The position numbers were made by a program, and so were the translations under genes. This document shows positions 1 through 12,101 of a DNA stretch of 62,695 nt, piece by piece. The notes under the pieces were generated by a model, which saw only the letters and a program-made list of their open reading frames with translations, did not search any database and was not told where the DNA came from. The DNA is from Chiloscyllium plagiosum. Lineage: Eukaryota. The stretch spans positions 32,239,028 through 32,301,722 of the forward strand of contig NC_057719.1 of the NCBI RefSeq assembly GCF_004010195.1, given 5' to 3'. Numbering within the stretch: the first letter of the stretch is position 1; the number at the start of each line of letters is the position of its first letter.

Positions 1-632
1 TGTGGGGGGCATGTCAGCAGAATGCAGGTGAGTGGCATTCGTGGGGGGCGAAAGTGGTGGCAGACATGGCAGTATGGGTGGCGGAAGTCACTGAGCGTGT
101 GACATCAGCGATGATGTGAGGGACCGAAGTGATGTCATGTGTGTTGCATGAGGAATTGTGAGGGGCGGAAGTGGTTGTGGGACTGGCCATGATGGGGGCG
201 GAAGTGACATAATCAATCAGCTAGGGGGTGGCAGCTGCATCAGCCGCCTGGCTAATGGCGTCCAAATAGTTCCAGAGGCCGGGGGAATCTTCTGGAATGT
301 TTGAGGAGTGCTGATTATGGAGGTGGGTAGATAAAAGTTTGTTGTACTTGCAGTTTTTGATGTTTGAGATGGAGTTGAAATACTGTTTGTTGAGAGTATG
401 AATTCTCCTGATGATGTAGTACAGAGTGGGTCCTTTGCAATTCTGAGAGAGTGTGGCCCTCAGCTGAGGCAGGGCTGACTGTAGAGAGGTTAGGTGCCGG
501 CGCATTGCTGCAAGCGTGGAGCGGAGGATCTTGAAGGAGAACTGTTGCTGGTGGTTTTGAATCTATAGTCTGCACTGTTTGTCCTTTTCAGGTCCAAACT
601 CTGCTGGTTTGGAGATTAGAGGCACGCTGAGT
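1..632 (-). mobile_element. Penelope-like element, N-terminal ORF region (runs off window start), decayed
   Basis: Minus-strand translation KPAEFGPEKDKQCRL*IQNHQQQFSFKILRSTLAAMRRHLTSLQSALPQL... resembles the PLE N-terminal domain preceding RT. In-frame stops, followed by a Thr-Ser-Ala-Pro-rich linker at 1-220. Confidence 0.6.
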
Positions 633-1128
633 TTTCAGATGGTTATAGAATGGAAGGAGGTACAGATATAGCGAATGGCATTTTTGGGAGTTTTTACATA
701 TATTAACAAGACTCTATAAATGTGTACTGTTGTTATATTCTTGGATTGCAGATAGTTAAAATGTAATTCAAGTAACTGTTCTCCAATAATTAAAACAATA
801 CACTACTGGAGCACCTCTACAGCTCTGTGATGAATATACAAATGTATGAAACTAGGAAGAATGAATAAGCAAATCAAACATGGCCATTTAACTAGAGCAT
901 GGCTGATCTACAGCTGAACTCCATTTAATTGTCTTGACTTAATATCCCTTGGAACCCTTTCACAATGGATATCTTTTCATCTCAGTGTTAAACATTTCAA
1001 GAGTCCTTTTTTTGGAGGTAATAAAGAATCATAAATGCCCTTTTTTTGTGTATTTCATGTAGAAAAAATGGTTTCTCTGTGCTGATTCCTATGTTATTGT
1101 GGCTAAGTGAGACTACTGTTGAATATTT

Positions 1129-1940
1129 GAAGGTTTTTCACCAGAAGGCCCAATGCGTTTTCTCATCTCATTAACTGTCTACCCTGCCCCAGTGTTACCC
1201 TTCACATTTGATTACAGACCCATCGTACCATGCCCCTTTTCCTAACAACCCATCAGTACTGAGATATCCTGGATTTCACTGCCATCTCTTGCACTTGTGC
1301 CATCTTTAAAAGCCCGTTGTAACCTGGAAAAACACTATCCACTCAGAGCTACTCTGTATGTTTCCTGGCATTTGCCCTGGCAGACAGAGAGAAATTGGCA
1401 GCCTGCTTTGTGGGTAGGGACCTGGAGTTCCAGCTGGATGGGCTGGTATAAACACAGGATTTTATTATTCCCCAGAGCCAGCAATGGAGACAACAAAAGT
1501 ATACCACACCAGCTTGGTCTGTGTTTGCCACCAGATCTCAGCAGTTTGGACAAATACACAGCAGTTTGGATGAACATCAGTGACCTTCTCCACTCTGCAA
1601 GCATAAGTGCCATAAACATCTCTCTAATACCTCCCACTCACTCTGTCTCTGCTATTGTATCCATCTGTCACAAAGGCTCATGTATAACTCTCATGATTGT
1701 CTGCCATTTCTTCCCTCACTCAACGTCACTCACACCAATCCCCAACATCACTAACTCTGCATGCCCTCTGTGCTGACTATTCACTCCCTTAGAACACCTC
1801 CCCATCTGCACTAACAGTAATAACTGTGTCACTCACTCTCATCTCTTGTCATACCAGCCTTTCTCTCATTCTAGGAAGGAGTTGGCAGAAAGAGTCAAGA
1901 GGTGGGCTGCCCAACATTCAGCTCTTCAACTTTTTTAGAA
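1129..1940 (+). pseudogene. Decayed PIF/Harbinger-type Myb/SANT-like accessory gene (exon 1, intron, start of exon 2)
   Basis: Frame fragments AACFVGRDLEFQLDGLV..PAWS..ISAV..ISDLLHSA (about 1397-1603) resemble the Myb/SANT-like domain of Harbinger ORFs. Degenerate donor ataagt near 1603, acceptor ttctctcattctag at 1861-1874, then ..AERVK..GGLPNIQL. The upstream region aligns by eye to the element end at 35990-36360. Confidence 0.55.
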
Positions 1941-1944
1941 TTCT

Positions 1945-2752
1945 TAGAAGTTGGTTTATTGTCACACGCACTCAAGTTCAAAGTACAGGAATACAGTGAA
2001 ATGTGTGCAATATCGTCACACAAGGCACCATCTTCGGTACAAAGTACCTAGCTACTAAAATAGATTAGGAACAAAAATAAGAGAAAAGTCAGGAGTTCTA
2101 CATTACAGTTTTACATAGCAGAAATAAGGAAATTAAAGAAATAAAGTTAAAAGATAAACATTACATTCCTTCTATAGCTTACAGTCTCACCATGCTGTGG
2201 ACATACCACACGTGGTTTCGCTACCCCCACATTGCTGGACTCAAGATCTGTGACAGGCTCACTGCACTAGGTCCCAGCTTGCTGGCCAACCCCTCCAAGG
2301 CTCCAGCCTGCTGGCCACTCCGCTCTGACCCTGCACTTGCTGGCTGTCCCACTTGGCTCTGGCCTATCAACTACTGGCTGCCCTACTCCCCTCCGGCCCG
2401 CTGACCACTGCCTGTCCTGCTCTCCTTCGGCCGGCTGATCACCGGCTGTCCTACCTTGCCCCAGCCCACCAAAACTCACCGTCCTGGTCTGCTCTGATTC
2501 ACAGACCACTGTCCATCCTATTCTGCTCTGGCCCACTGACCGCTGCCCGTCCTACTCTACTCCGGTCCACCGACAACTGGCCATCCACTCTGAGCCCTCA
2601 GCTGTTGCAACACTGCTGCTCTCTTAAGGGCAAAAGAAAAGCACATCAAATGAGGAAAGAAACTACAAAATGAGGGAAAAAAAGAGAAGCAGACAGAAAG
2701 GACAAACCCTGAGCTGAGCCTGGACGTTGCCTACTTCGCTACTACCATCGTG
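1945..2752 (-). mobile_element. Non-autonomous LINE-derived element (Rex1/L2-like 3' tail) with internal minisatellite
   Basis: Left end ttattgtcacacgcact..tacagtgaaa resembles the tail of the LINE at 53612-53643. Right end ctactaccatcgtg is a degenerate reverse complement of a CAAGATGGCGGC-type LINE 5' end. No coding capacity. Confidence 0.45.
2323..2593. repeat. Diverged 34-bp minisatellite, about 8 units
   Basis: Unit starts at 2323, 2357, 2391, 2425, 2459, 2492, 2526 and 2560; consensus approximately CTCYGGCCCRCTGACCACTGCCYGTCCTACTCTG. Confidence 0.8.
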
Positions 2753-3929
2753 GATGGGAAAGAGAAGAACTATCTAGCTTCCATGTCTTGTCATCATAAA
2801 AGAGGCAGCTACAGACAGGAAAGTATCTGACTCAGCCTCCCCATGTACCTAAGCCCCACAGACTGATCACAGAGGTTTCCCTTGATTTACCAAGCTGGGA
2901 CAATACAGGTGAAGACCCCACCATGCTGATCACATTCTAACACATTCCCTGGCAACATGCTGTATCACTGCCTCTGCTTTTATTTATATTTGATTCCTGT
3001 TGGGGTCCATACAAGAAGGCACAGGTCTGAGAAAATATATAACGTAGTTGTAAGGATTGTAGTCTGCTGGGAGTGTGCAGGTAGCAGCAGAAGTTTGGTA
3101 AGCAAAGCACACTGCTTTTTTTATTATTTTATGAAACCGTACAAAATACAAATAGTTGACAAGAAACAAAAAGCAGCAGTTCATTAAAAAAAACACTATT
3201 TACAGGTGAAGGGACAGCAAGGCCAAACCCCAAACCCAACTGTTCAATTAGTTAACAGGGAAATGAGGGTGAACCTCAAATCCCACCTTAAGTCATCAAA
3301 AAGAAAACAATAACAAACACAGACAAGACAACCAAATGAGAAACAGTGCACAGAACACAGACCCCCCTCCCCCCAGCAATTCAACAAGCCACCCACCCCT
3401 CCCACCTTCTGGCCAACAGGCAGCCCCACCCCCACCACGCCCCTTTCTGGCTCTCAGTCTGCCCATGCTCCTTCTGACTCCCAACCCACCCCCACGTCCC
3501 TATGCCTCTTCCGGCTCTCGGTCCACCCCTTCTGGCTCTCGGCCCACCCCTATGCCTCTGTGATTAGGAGGGCAAACCCATCTAGCACACTACTTTATAG
3601 AGAGAGTGAGAAGTAATGGGACATTGCATGGGTTTTTAACTTCTTTGTCTACAGGTGGCAGAAAGTGAAAGTTGTATCGTAGCAGCTGAGGATCAGATCA
3701 ATAAATTGTTCTCAGTATTACAATCCCTTGCAAAGTGATAAGGTTGGATGTTCACCTATTCTGCTGTGCGTGCCCATTGTGCTGGGCAATTTGCCTGGAC
3801 ACCGTTTCACCTCCTTTCTCCTGTTCCCCTCCTCTATTAATTGTTCCAGAGCAGGACCTAAAATATCTCTGACTGTCATTCTATTTTTTTTGCCAGCTCT
3901 CAGAGTGAATAGGATGTCTGACACTCCTG

Positions 3930-4405
3930 TTCTTTCTTTTTCTTTTTTTTCTTTTTATAATCCATGCACTACTGACCTACAGCAGTAGTGCTTATTTTCC
4001 CCAGCACCTATATTGTGTGTACAGGTGTAGGACATACACAATGAACAACGAGCGCAAAAATTTTTATTCATTTTCCATCACCAAGAAGAAAGGAAACACC
4101 AGGGTGGCCGGTGACAAGCAGTGGCCCTTCTCGTCAAAGGGCAATGCTGCGTGATCAAACAGTGAAAGGGGAGGGCGGAGACTAAATCAAAATAGAGTTG
4201 GAGGGGGAAATAAAAACCTCCACATTCTGCAGTGCCCACCTCTCCCTAAAAACCTCGAGGTGTTGGTAGACACGTGTGCTCCTTCTCCAGGGACACATGG
4301 GCTCGAACGTAACCATAGAAGGGGACAGGCAATTGGCCATAACAGCCCCCTCCACGGCCCACTGCCTGGATCTGTTTATGACCAGTTTGATCAGGCCCAG
4401 GAGCA
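3930..4405 (-). mobile_element. Tx1-like (L1 group) LINE 3' end
   Basis: ORF end ...LEVFRERWALQNVEVFISPSNSILI*, then a 3' UTR and an A-rich tail (T-rich on + at 3930-3957). Homologous to 7370-7745. Confidence 0.7.
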
Positions 4406-5832
4406 CTGACTGCCATTCATAATGTTTACCAATTTACTGCTAATTTATGACGTGGTGAAAGATTGTGAAGATATATGCAAAGGAGAGATTGAGAGATACA
4501 ATCAACCTTTAAATGGTGCCATTGTCTTATGATTTCCCAATCCTCATCATTGAGTTTGGCACATAAACTGTGTGGATAGTGCTGAAAGTTGTCATTTTTA
4601 GTTAATTCAGGTCATTATCTGACTTGCCTCCTTTTAAGCTCCATCCCCAGTTTGTTCTTAAAATTGTATGCAAGTAGGGGGTTATTCAGCAAAACATCAG
4701 ATCTCTTGAGCCATTACTTTACCACATTACAACCTAACAGTAGTAATTCCCTTTCCATGCTGTTACTGTTTGATAAAATATGAGACTATTACTTGTTATT
4801 AAAGTTGTTGTCAAATATTAATAATTAGTTTAATTGTTAAAAGTAGTTAAGGATGTAAATCTACTATTACATTGCTTTTTAGCCTTGTTCATATGGTCCA
4901 TGAACGATTTATCATAATTACCAGTTTACTAGCTCTTCTCTGAGCAGTAATCTAACTATGAACTTTTATTATAGTTCCCCGCAGCTCTGCTGAGGGCTGT
5001 GAAGTGTGGAAGCAATTCAGCAATAAACAAATAACAAATGTGAGAACTCTGATGTAGGAAGAAGAGATGAATGTAATTTACTTTGATCTGGAATAAACAA
5101 GATGACTCAGAGCAAAACTGGAACAAGTAAAAGAAATGCCCGCGCTGGGCTTTTGATCTCATAATTGCAATACTTACTGGCTTCATTAATAGCATGTGAC
5201 CAGAATTAATTAACATGTAAAAATGTCTTGTAGACAATCAAACCAGATAGTGCATAGTTTGTGATTCAGTGTAGAACAGTTATTGCAGATTGTGATGGGT
5301 TAGCATCTATTAAAACTATCATTATCAATGCCACACACAGGATACTTTGAGAATTATGATTCAAGGTTGATGGCAGGCTGAAATGAATCTCACACCATGA
5401 TCTCAAAGAACATTTTGTTTAATTAGATGAAACACTAAAACCCTCACTGCTCTACGAGCAGAATTTTCTTCCTAATAGTATAACATGAGCTGTTATAAAA
5501 TTGTTAAAATGGCAGGGAGCAGGGATAAGCAGCTACATTTATATAGTGCCTGTGCATTAGAAATTGTACCCAAATGAATGTAAAAGTATAAAATTCCATG
5601 TTTAGATTGTTCATGCTCCTTGATCTCAATTTATTAGATAATCTATTATGATTCCAAAGTCTAGTATTTCCATACACAGTAAACGATACATATAGTACTG
5701 TCTCACAGCGTGATTAGTTTGTATGTGGTTTGTTTTCTCCCAGTAATGTCTATGGAATCAATCACAACAGCAGCTAATAGTTTTTACCCTTTTAATGATG
5801 TTCAAAAGTTTTATTATCCCCTTTTCCTCTAG

Positions 5833-5883
5833 GCTCGTTCTTATTTCCAAGGTGTAGTTACTTACGGTTATTACATCAGTTAG
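5833..5883 (+). other. Possible short terminal coding exon (ARSYFQGVVTYGYYIS*), gene unknown
   Basis: Pyrimidine tract plus tag acceptor (cccttttcctctag) and 16 open codons in sequence with no repeat I recognise. No protein recognised. Confidence 0.15.
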
Positions 5884-7369
5884 CATAAATTCTGAGGAAA
5901 CCTTGGATTCCGGTTCAGTTCTGGATGTCCACTGCCTGGACTACACTATGTAGACAATAGTGGTTCAATATTGAATGAGTGCTGTGGTTTTAGAGCCAAA
6001 AATTGGATATTCTAAATTCTAATGCCAGAGAAATTCGGCCTGACAGAAAATTGGTGAAAGCAAATTAAATAGCTACAAGCAGTTATTGACTACAGAGAAC
6101 AGTGGAAACCAAGATCAAAGGGATTACAAAGATTCAAGGGAAATCTGTCATAACTAGCCCATGGGCTGTGCCTTGGAGAATATCGATCAGACTTTCTGGC
6201 ACCTTGACAGTCTGAATATGTGCATTTTATACCTCCGAGTATAGCAACTGTGAAAGGGTTTGCATGACCCATTGGATAGTTTGAACCCAGCTCATGACCT
6301 CATTTGGCTAAAGGTTGCCGACCATTCATGAAGGTTAAGGGTGAGAGGAGATAAGAATACACACCTGGAAGCCACACCTTCACGAAGTCTCGACCTGGAC
6401 CAGCAGTGGAGCTCCAACCACCTAGAGAGACAGTGAAGATCCATTTTGACCTGCAAGACCCACCTTTGTTGAAGAGAGCCAGCTCCTTGTTGGAAGGAGA
6501 TTCCAATGGCCCAGCTCAAACATGTTGATTGTGGTGGGTAATATTCTCTCTTAGAGCAATAGAGCTTGATAGCGAGTAAATATGGTTGGAATTTGGGAAA
6601 TGCTCTCATAATGCTTTTAATGTTTTGTTAAGAAAATTGAGTTGAACCACAAACTGAATTCTGTGTCCCTTTGTCCACCTCACTGATAACAGCGCTTGGG
6701 TGAAGTGTTTTTTTATATTATAACTGGACAAAGTGCCCAAAGAATGGGCAGCAGCTGGACATTGCTAGGGAGTCATCGAGAAAGGAAGGCAGGCAATTGG
6801 GACCTTGCTCATTGGGTTATGGTGCTGGAGAGTGAACAGGAGAGGATGATCTGGCAAAAGTAGTTGGAAGTAGGTGTGGCAGTCAATTGTTTGGGTTGAT
6901 CAGTAAGGGAGCAAGTGATGGTCACTATGCAGAGATCCATGGTTTTAACATGGAGCCAAAAAGAGAACTCCTGCCGCCTCCAAGTCCACATTCCTGTAAG
7001 CATTTTTAATGAATTATCCTTTTTGATGCTTGCCTCTAGAGTATCTTAAAAAAAACACTGGTAAGGCTGCATGAAGACTTTGTTTTCCAAAGTCCATCTG
7101 GCTACCTCCAGTCAATCAATTTTGCAAAGGCCTCCTGAAACTGGCATTAAGTTCCTTATTTGAGCATATAAAGTACCTACTATCTATTTCAATCCCTTAG
7201 CCAAGATATCTGCATTTTGTGTTGATGTGAGTGCAGTGGGGGTGGCACTCTCATGGCTTGTATTAAGTGTATGATCCAATGTGTCATAATGGAGGGTTAG
7301 GACCTAGCTTACTCCCAGGGAATCTTTGTGTGTTAAATGCCATAATGAGCATGTCCTTATAAAACTCCT

Positions 7370-7745
7370 TCGAGCCCCGGAGAAGGAGCACGAGGTGTCC
7401 ACCAACACTCTTGAGCTGTTCAGGGAGAGGTGGGCACTGCGTGGACTCGAGTGTTTTATTTCCCCCTCCAACTCTATTTTGATTTAATCCCTACCCTCCC
7501 CTTCACCTTTTTGATCACGCAGGATTGCCCTGTTTTGAGAAGGGCACTGCTTGTCACTGGCCACACGGGTGTTTCCTTTCTTCCTAGTGGTGGAATATAA
7601 ATAAAGATTTACGCACTTGTTCTTCACTGTGTCCGACACCTACACACACACACACAATATGGGTGCTGGGGAAAAATAAACACTACTGCTGTTAGGTGGT
7701 AGTGTGGGGATAAAAAAAAAGACAAAAAGAACAAAAAGGAAAAGA
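7370..7745 (+). mobile_element. Tx1-like LINE 3' end
   Basis: EKEHEVSTNTLELFRERWALRGLECFISPSNSILI*, then a UTR with AATAAA, (CA)n and an A-rich tail. Same family as 3930-4405. Confidence 0.7.
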
Positions 7746-9002
7746 ATACTCCTTGATCAACTAAGTCAACCTCACATATTCTTTTGGAAGTTAAATATTG
7801 TTAGATTTAGAGATTTGGAAAAAATAATTTCAAGAAATGGATAATATAACATTGAGAATTTATGCAATTTAAACTAGCATAAAATCAAAGACAAAAGTCT
7901 TAAGATGTTACAGTCATGGGGTCACGCCAATGCATCACCCATGGGTTATTGATTAGACTGGACATCTTCAGTTGTTGTTCAACTGGTAAAATAAACACCT
8001 TCAGAATTTCCATCATATTACTGAAAAATTGCTGTTTCCTCAGCACCATCTCTGTTACTGGCAGTACTGTTCTATTCTAGAGAGCATTTTCAACAGTCCT
8101 GTGAAGTCTTTGACTTTATGTCAACAATGTTAAACAATTGCCTTATGCCAGCCGAAGTGATTCTACTGGATTCTTTCTTCAATTTGGGTTCCACTACAAA
8201 TCTGGGAAGCACAATGAATTCTCCTACTGGTTGCCCCTTGACTGGTTGGACAATAATGCTTTGTTCTTAAACCATGTTTGGATGGCTGTTTACTTCTGGG
8301 CTAATTGTTCTCTGGAAGGTTGATATACTCTTCTAGCTTTTCCACAGAAGTTGAGGTCATGTGTGCAGGCTCAAAGGGGAGTATGTTGAATGTCAACAAT
8401 ATACACATTTTCAATTCTCTTATCTGTGTTATGGTGGGATAACATGGTGGCAGCAGTTTAAATAGTAACTTACAAATGAGAATTAGACAGATACTTGAAA
8501 AAGGAAAATATCTGTTGGGTTACAACGGAAGAACACCAGAATGGGACTATTTACATTTCTCTTAATAAGTGGGCACATAAATGATGGGACAAGTAACTTT
8601 CTTTAGTACTATACGGTTTCAAGGTATCCCGGAGGCTTAATTTCCTCTTTCAGGTAAAAGGGAAAGAATGGGAACTGATATAAAGCAATGAGTAATTTAG
8701 GCAAGGTAACTATTTAACTTCTAATCACGATACATGACTCATGTAAATCCTACCACTTGGTGAAAGCTTTCTGTATCTAATAATTAAAGGATAAGAGTTC
8801 AATTAACACACGCTATGTAATATGATTTTGTTTTCAAACCAATGAATATTTCCAATGACCAATCTCTATTCGGTAGCCCTAATAATAATAATATGAGTCA
8901 AACATAGATTTTGGAAGAAACTATTACTCCAACTAAAATATGAACAAATCAATATAATGAAGAAAGTGAATATTAAAAAAAAGAAAGAATTCTGATCCCA
9001 TT

Positions 9003-9523
9003 CATAGAATCTCCACGGTATGGAAGTTGGCCATTCACCCATCGAGTTCACACTGATCCTCCGAACAGCATTCCACTCAGATCTACCATATCGCTGTAAC
9101 CTTGAATTTCCCATAGCTAACCCTCCTAACCTGCACACTATGGACAATTTAGAACCACCAATCCATCTAAGCTGTACATTCCTGGACACCAGGGGCAATT
9201 TAATTGCCGATAGTGTTCAAGGAAATGTGAGTTAAATGCATTAGTCAGGGATAAATTTAGAATAATGGTGTCGTGGAATAGGTCTGGGTGGGTTACTCTT
9301 CAGTGGGTTGGTGTGGACTTTTTGGGCCAAATAGCCTATTTACACACCAGCAGGGATTCTATGAATCCATTCTAACCCGCACATCTATGGACTGTGGGAG
9401 GAAACCAGAGCACCTGGAGGAAGAATGTCTAAACCTCACACAGACAGAGCCTAAGGCTGGAACTGAACCTGAGTTCTTATCACTGTGAGGCAGCTGTGCT
9501 AACCACTGAGCAATTGTGCCAGC
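9003..9523. mobile_element. HE1-like SINE pieces: minus-strand tail (9003-9190) and head (9365-9523) interrupted by a plus-strand 3' half (about 9200-9363)
   Basis: Segments match the full-length SINE at 24672-24992 in alternating orientation. Confidence 0.75.
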
Positions 9524-9541
9524 CTTATACATCAATTCTCA

Positions 9542-9612
9542 TTCCCTGACCGGGAATCCAACCAGGCCACTCTGGTGAGAGCATCAAATCCTACCGACTG
9601 GGCCACCAGAAA
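9542..9612 (-). pseudogene. tRNA-Glu(CTC) pseudogene
   Basis: Reverse complement ..tctggtggcccagtcggtaggatttgatgctCTCaccagagtggcctggttggattcccggtcagggaa aligns to vertebrate tRNA-Glu-CTC, with substitutions in the acceptor and D stems and the B box. Confidence 0.75.
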
Positions 9613-10114
9613 AGGTGAGTTCCTACAATATACAGTGCATGTAATGTACATAGTATTGTAATTCCAATTTGTATGATCTAGTGCTCATATTTATATGGTA
9701 AGCTGCATAAACAGATCAGTTCCCAATGCTTACGCAACTGTTCCAAAAGCTCCACTCAAAGAAGATATGAGTTTGCCTTTAGCAGAGTGGAAATGCTATA
9801 AGATAAAAAAATCAGGCATGAATGTCATGATATTGAAGAATTTAACAGCCATTTATTTGAGCTAACTATTATGCAAAAGTATTATATTCCTCAGGAACAT
9901 AAATATCTTGGGCTAATTTCAGGCTTTCGGTTTACAATAGAGGAGCATGCTTCCAGTAAAATCATGTTTCAAATGATTTGAGGTATAGACAGAGTATGAA
10001 ATCTTTACATCCTCAGATCACATGTGATGATGGAGTAAGCATACTCTGAGTATGTCTTTTAAAGATATGTTGATGAAATAATTGCACAGAGGCAGGCATT
10101 TACATGTACACAGC

Positions 10115-10341
10115 ACACTAGCTGTGGCCAGCCAGCTCAGCTCAGTCCCTCAACTGAGGAGATTCTGAACCCCCAACTTGTATATTTTTTTTAGGAGATT
10201 CTAATCTCCTGTTTTTTTTTCCTATTTTTCCTAAACAACAAAAAAAGCCAGAAGGCAAATGTCTCTCAGTCCAGAGAACTAACACTGGCTGTGACCAGCC
10301 AGTTCGGAGTCAGTACTCAACTGAGGAGATCCTAATCTCCT
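10115..10341. repeat. Imperfect ~60-bp direct repeat (10115-10174, 10282-10341) in an unclassified interspersed repeat
   Basis: acactagctgtggccagccagctcag..ctcaactgaggagattct vs acactggctgtgaccagccagttcgg..ctcaactgaggagatcct. Partial third copy at 10193-10210. Confidence 0.65.
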
Positions 10342-10874
10342 GGGTATTTATTTATTTATTTATTTATGTATTTGTACTATCTCCTGGTTATATTGGTCAG
10401 CCGGGGCTCCTTGGTTGGCCCAGGTTAACAATCCCAATCGAGGATCTTGTAGTCAACAAGATCCAATTGATTCCAATCACTTCAATTGACATCATGACTG
10501 TGACACATAACTCAAAATGCCCCCTTTTTTAGCGATGAATATTTATTCGAGACAAATTTACATGGCTGTCTTAAGATGTGTGTTGCAATTTGACAATTAC
10601 ACAAAGGGGTAAAACATAGTTTACAAGACTAACATTTTAAACTTCAATGTAACATTTTGGACGGTTGCCAACTCATCCTGATCTGATGATCATAAGTTAT
10701 CTGAAAAGGTATGCAATGGTGTAGTTGTGTAACATCTTGGTTGTTCTGCTCCTGGTTGCAGTCACTCAACATCATCACACAATCACATTGTAAGAGAGTT
10801 CTGCCTCACTCTCGTTGAGCATGATTTGCATGCTGTAGATTGGTCTGAGCTGAGCTCACTTTCGTTTCTTTCAA

Positions 10875-11023
10875 ATGTATGAATGAGTAGGTGGGGAGCA
10901 GAGGGATACAGATGCTTAGGAATTGACCGACTGGTTTAGACAGTACTTTTGGATCGGCTCAGGCTTGGAGGCCGAAGGGCCTGTTTCTGGGCTGTAAATT
11001 TTCTTTGTTTTTGTTCTTTGTTC
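10875..11023 (+). mobile_element. CR1 LINE 3' tail
   Basis: CR1-type 3' UTR (gaggccgaagggcctgtttctgggctgta) and a (TTTGTTC)-like microsatellite tail. Confidence 0.7.
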
Positions 11024-11236
11024 AAGTTGAAAGAACTTTGTCCAGATATTAGTGTAACTCATGACAAAAGGAAAAATTGAGAGATTGTCCAAAATGTTAT
11101 TCTGCTTCTGAAGATATTCTATTCTCACATGCTGCTAGCAATGGGATTTCATCCTGGAACAGTTGGATTTGGCTGAATTCCCTTTGCATTAGGCAGTGAG
11201 GAGATTCCAATAAATTCTGGTCAGGGATCGCCCAAA

Positions 11237-11571
11237 GGGTGGCATGGTGGCTCAGTGGTTAGCACTGCTGCCTCACAGCACCAGGGACTTGGGTTTGATT
11301 CCAGCTTCGGGTACTATCTGTGTGGAGTTTGCACATTCTCCCCTTGTCTGCATGAGCTTCTAATGGGTGCTTCAGTTTCCTCCCACAGTCCAAAGCTGTG
11401 TAGGTTAGGTGGACTGGTCATGCTAAATTGTCCATAGTGTTCAGGGATTTCTAGGTTAGGTGCATTAGTCAGGGGTAAATGTAAGGGAACAGGTCTGGGA
11501 AGGTTACTCTTTGGAAGGTTGGTATGGAATTGTTGGACCGAAGGACCTGTTTCCACACTGCAGGAATTCTA
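11237..11571 (+). mobile_element. HE1-like V-SINE, full length
   Basis: tRNA-like head (tggctcagtgg, ggtttgattcc), V-domain tgtgtggagtttgcacattctcccc and a CR1-derived tail. Confidence 0.9.
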
Positions 11572-11890
11572 TAAAATATCACATGACCAGTTCTACCCTA
11601 TTATATGTTGGTTGCATATTTTGGAAACCTTTGCTGGTATTAGTATTTGTATTGAGAGAAAATGAGGTCTGCAGATGCTGGAGATCAGAGATGGAAATGT
11701 GTTGCTGGAGAAGCGTAGCAGGTCAGGCAGCATCTAGGGAACAGGAGAATCGATGTTTCGGGCATTAGCCCTTCTTCAGGAATGAGGAAAGTTTGTCCAG
11801 CAGGCTAAGATAAAAGATAGGGAGGAGGGACTTGGGGGAGGGGCGTCGGAAATGTGATAGGTGGAAAAAGGTCAAGGTGAGGGTGATAGG

Positions 11891-12101
11891 ACAGACCTGG
11901 AGTACTGTGTGCAGATTTAGTTTCCTTAATTAAGAAAGGATGTACTGGCACTGGAGGGGGTGCAGAGGAGGTTCACTAGGTTGATTCCGGAGTTGAGGGG
12001 ATTGGCTTATGAGGAGAGGCTGAGTAGACTGGGATTATAGTCATTGGAATTCAGAAGAATGAGGGGGGCGGATCTTGTATAAACATATAAAATTATGAAG
12101 G
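11891..12101 (+). mobile_element. CR1 RT fragment abutting the gap
   Basis: Matches the CR1 RT C-terminal motifs LEYCVQ..RKDVLALEGVQRRFTRLIP..YEERL. Confidence 0.85.

Noticed and set aside
40..215. Adenovirus/parvovirus ITR-like ETS/CRE repeats as an endogenous virus
   Set aside because: The repeats continue in frame with the Penelope-like ORF and no viral genes or terminal hairpin are nearby.
2323..2593. CRISPR-like regular spacing
   Set aside because: Units are contiguous diverged tandem repeats without unique spacers; eukaryotic context and no cas genes.
6290..6610. Possible Harbinger transposase remnant (WAIG..KMDLHCL) on the minus strand
   Set aside because: Similarity is too faint to support by eye.
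3930..7745. Inverted Tx1-like ends as arms of a composite element
   Set aside because: The copies are visibly diverged and share no flanking TSD; they are independent insertions.
8641..8711. Recursive splice site-like tttcctctttcag|gtaaaa with a downstream donor
   Set aside because: The regenerated donor is weak and such a motif is expected by chance in 62 kb; untestable without total RNA-seq.
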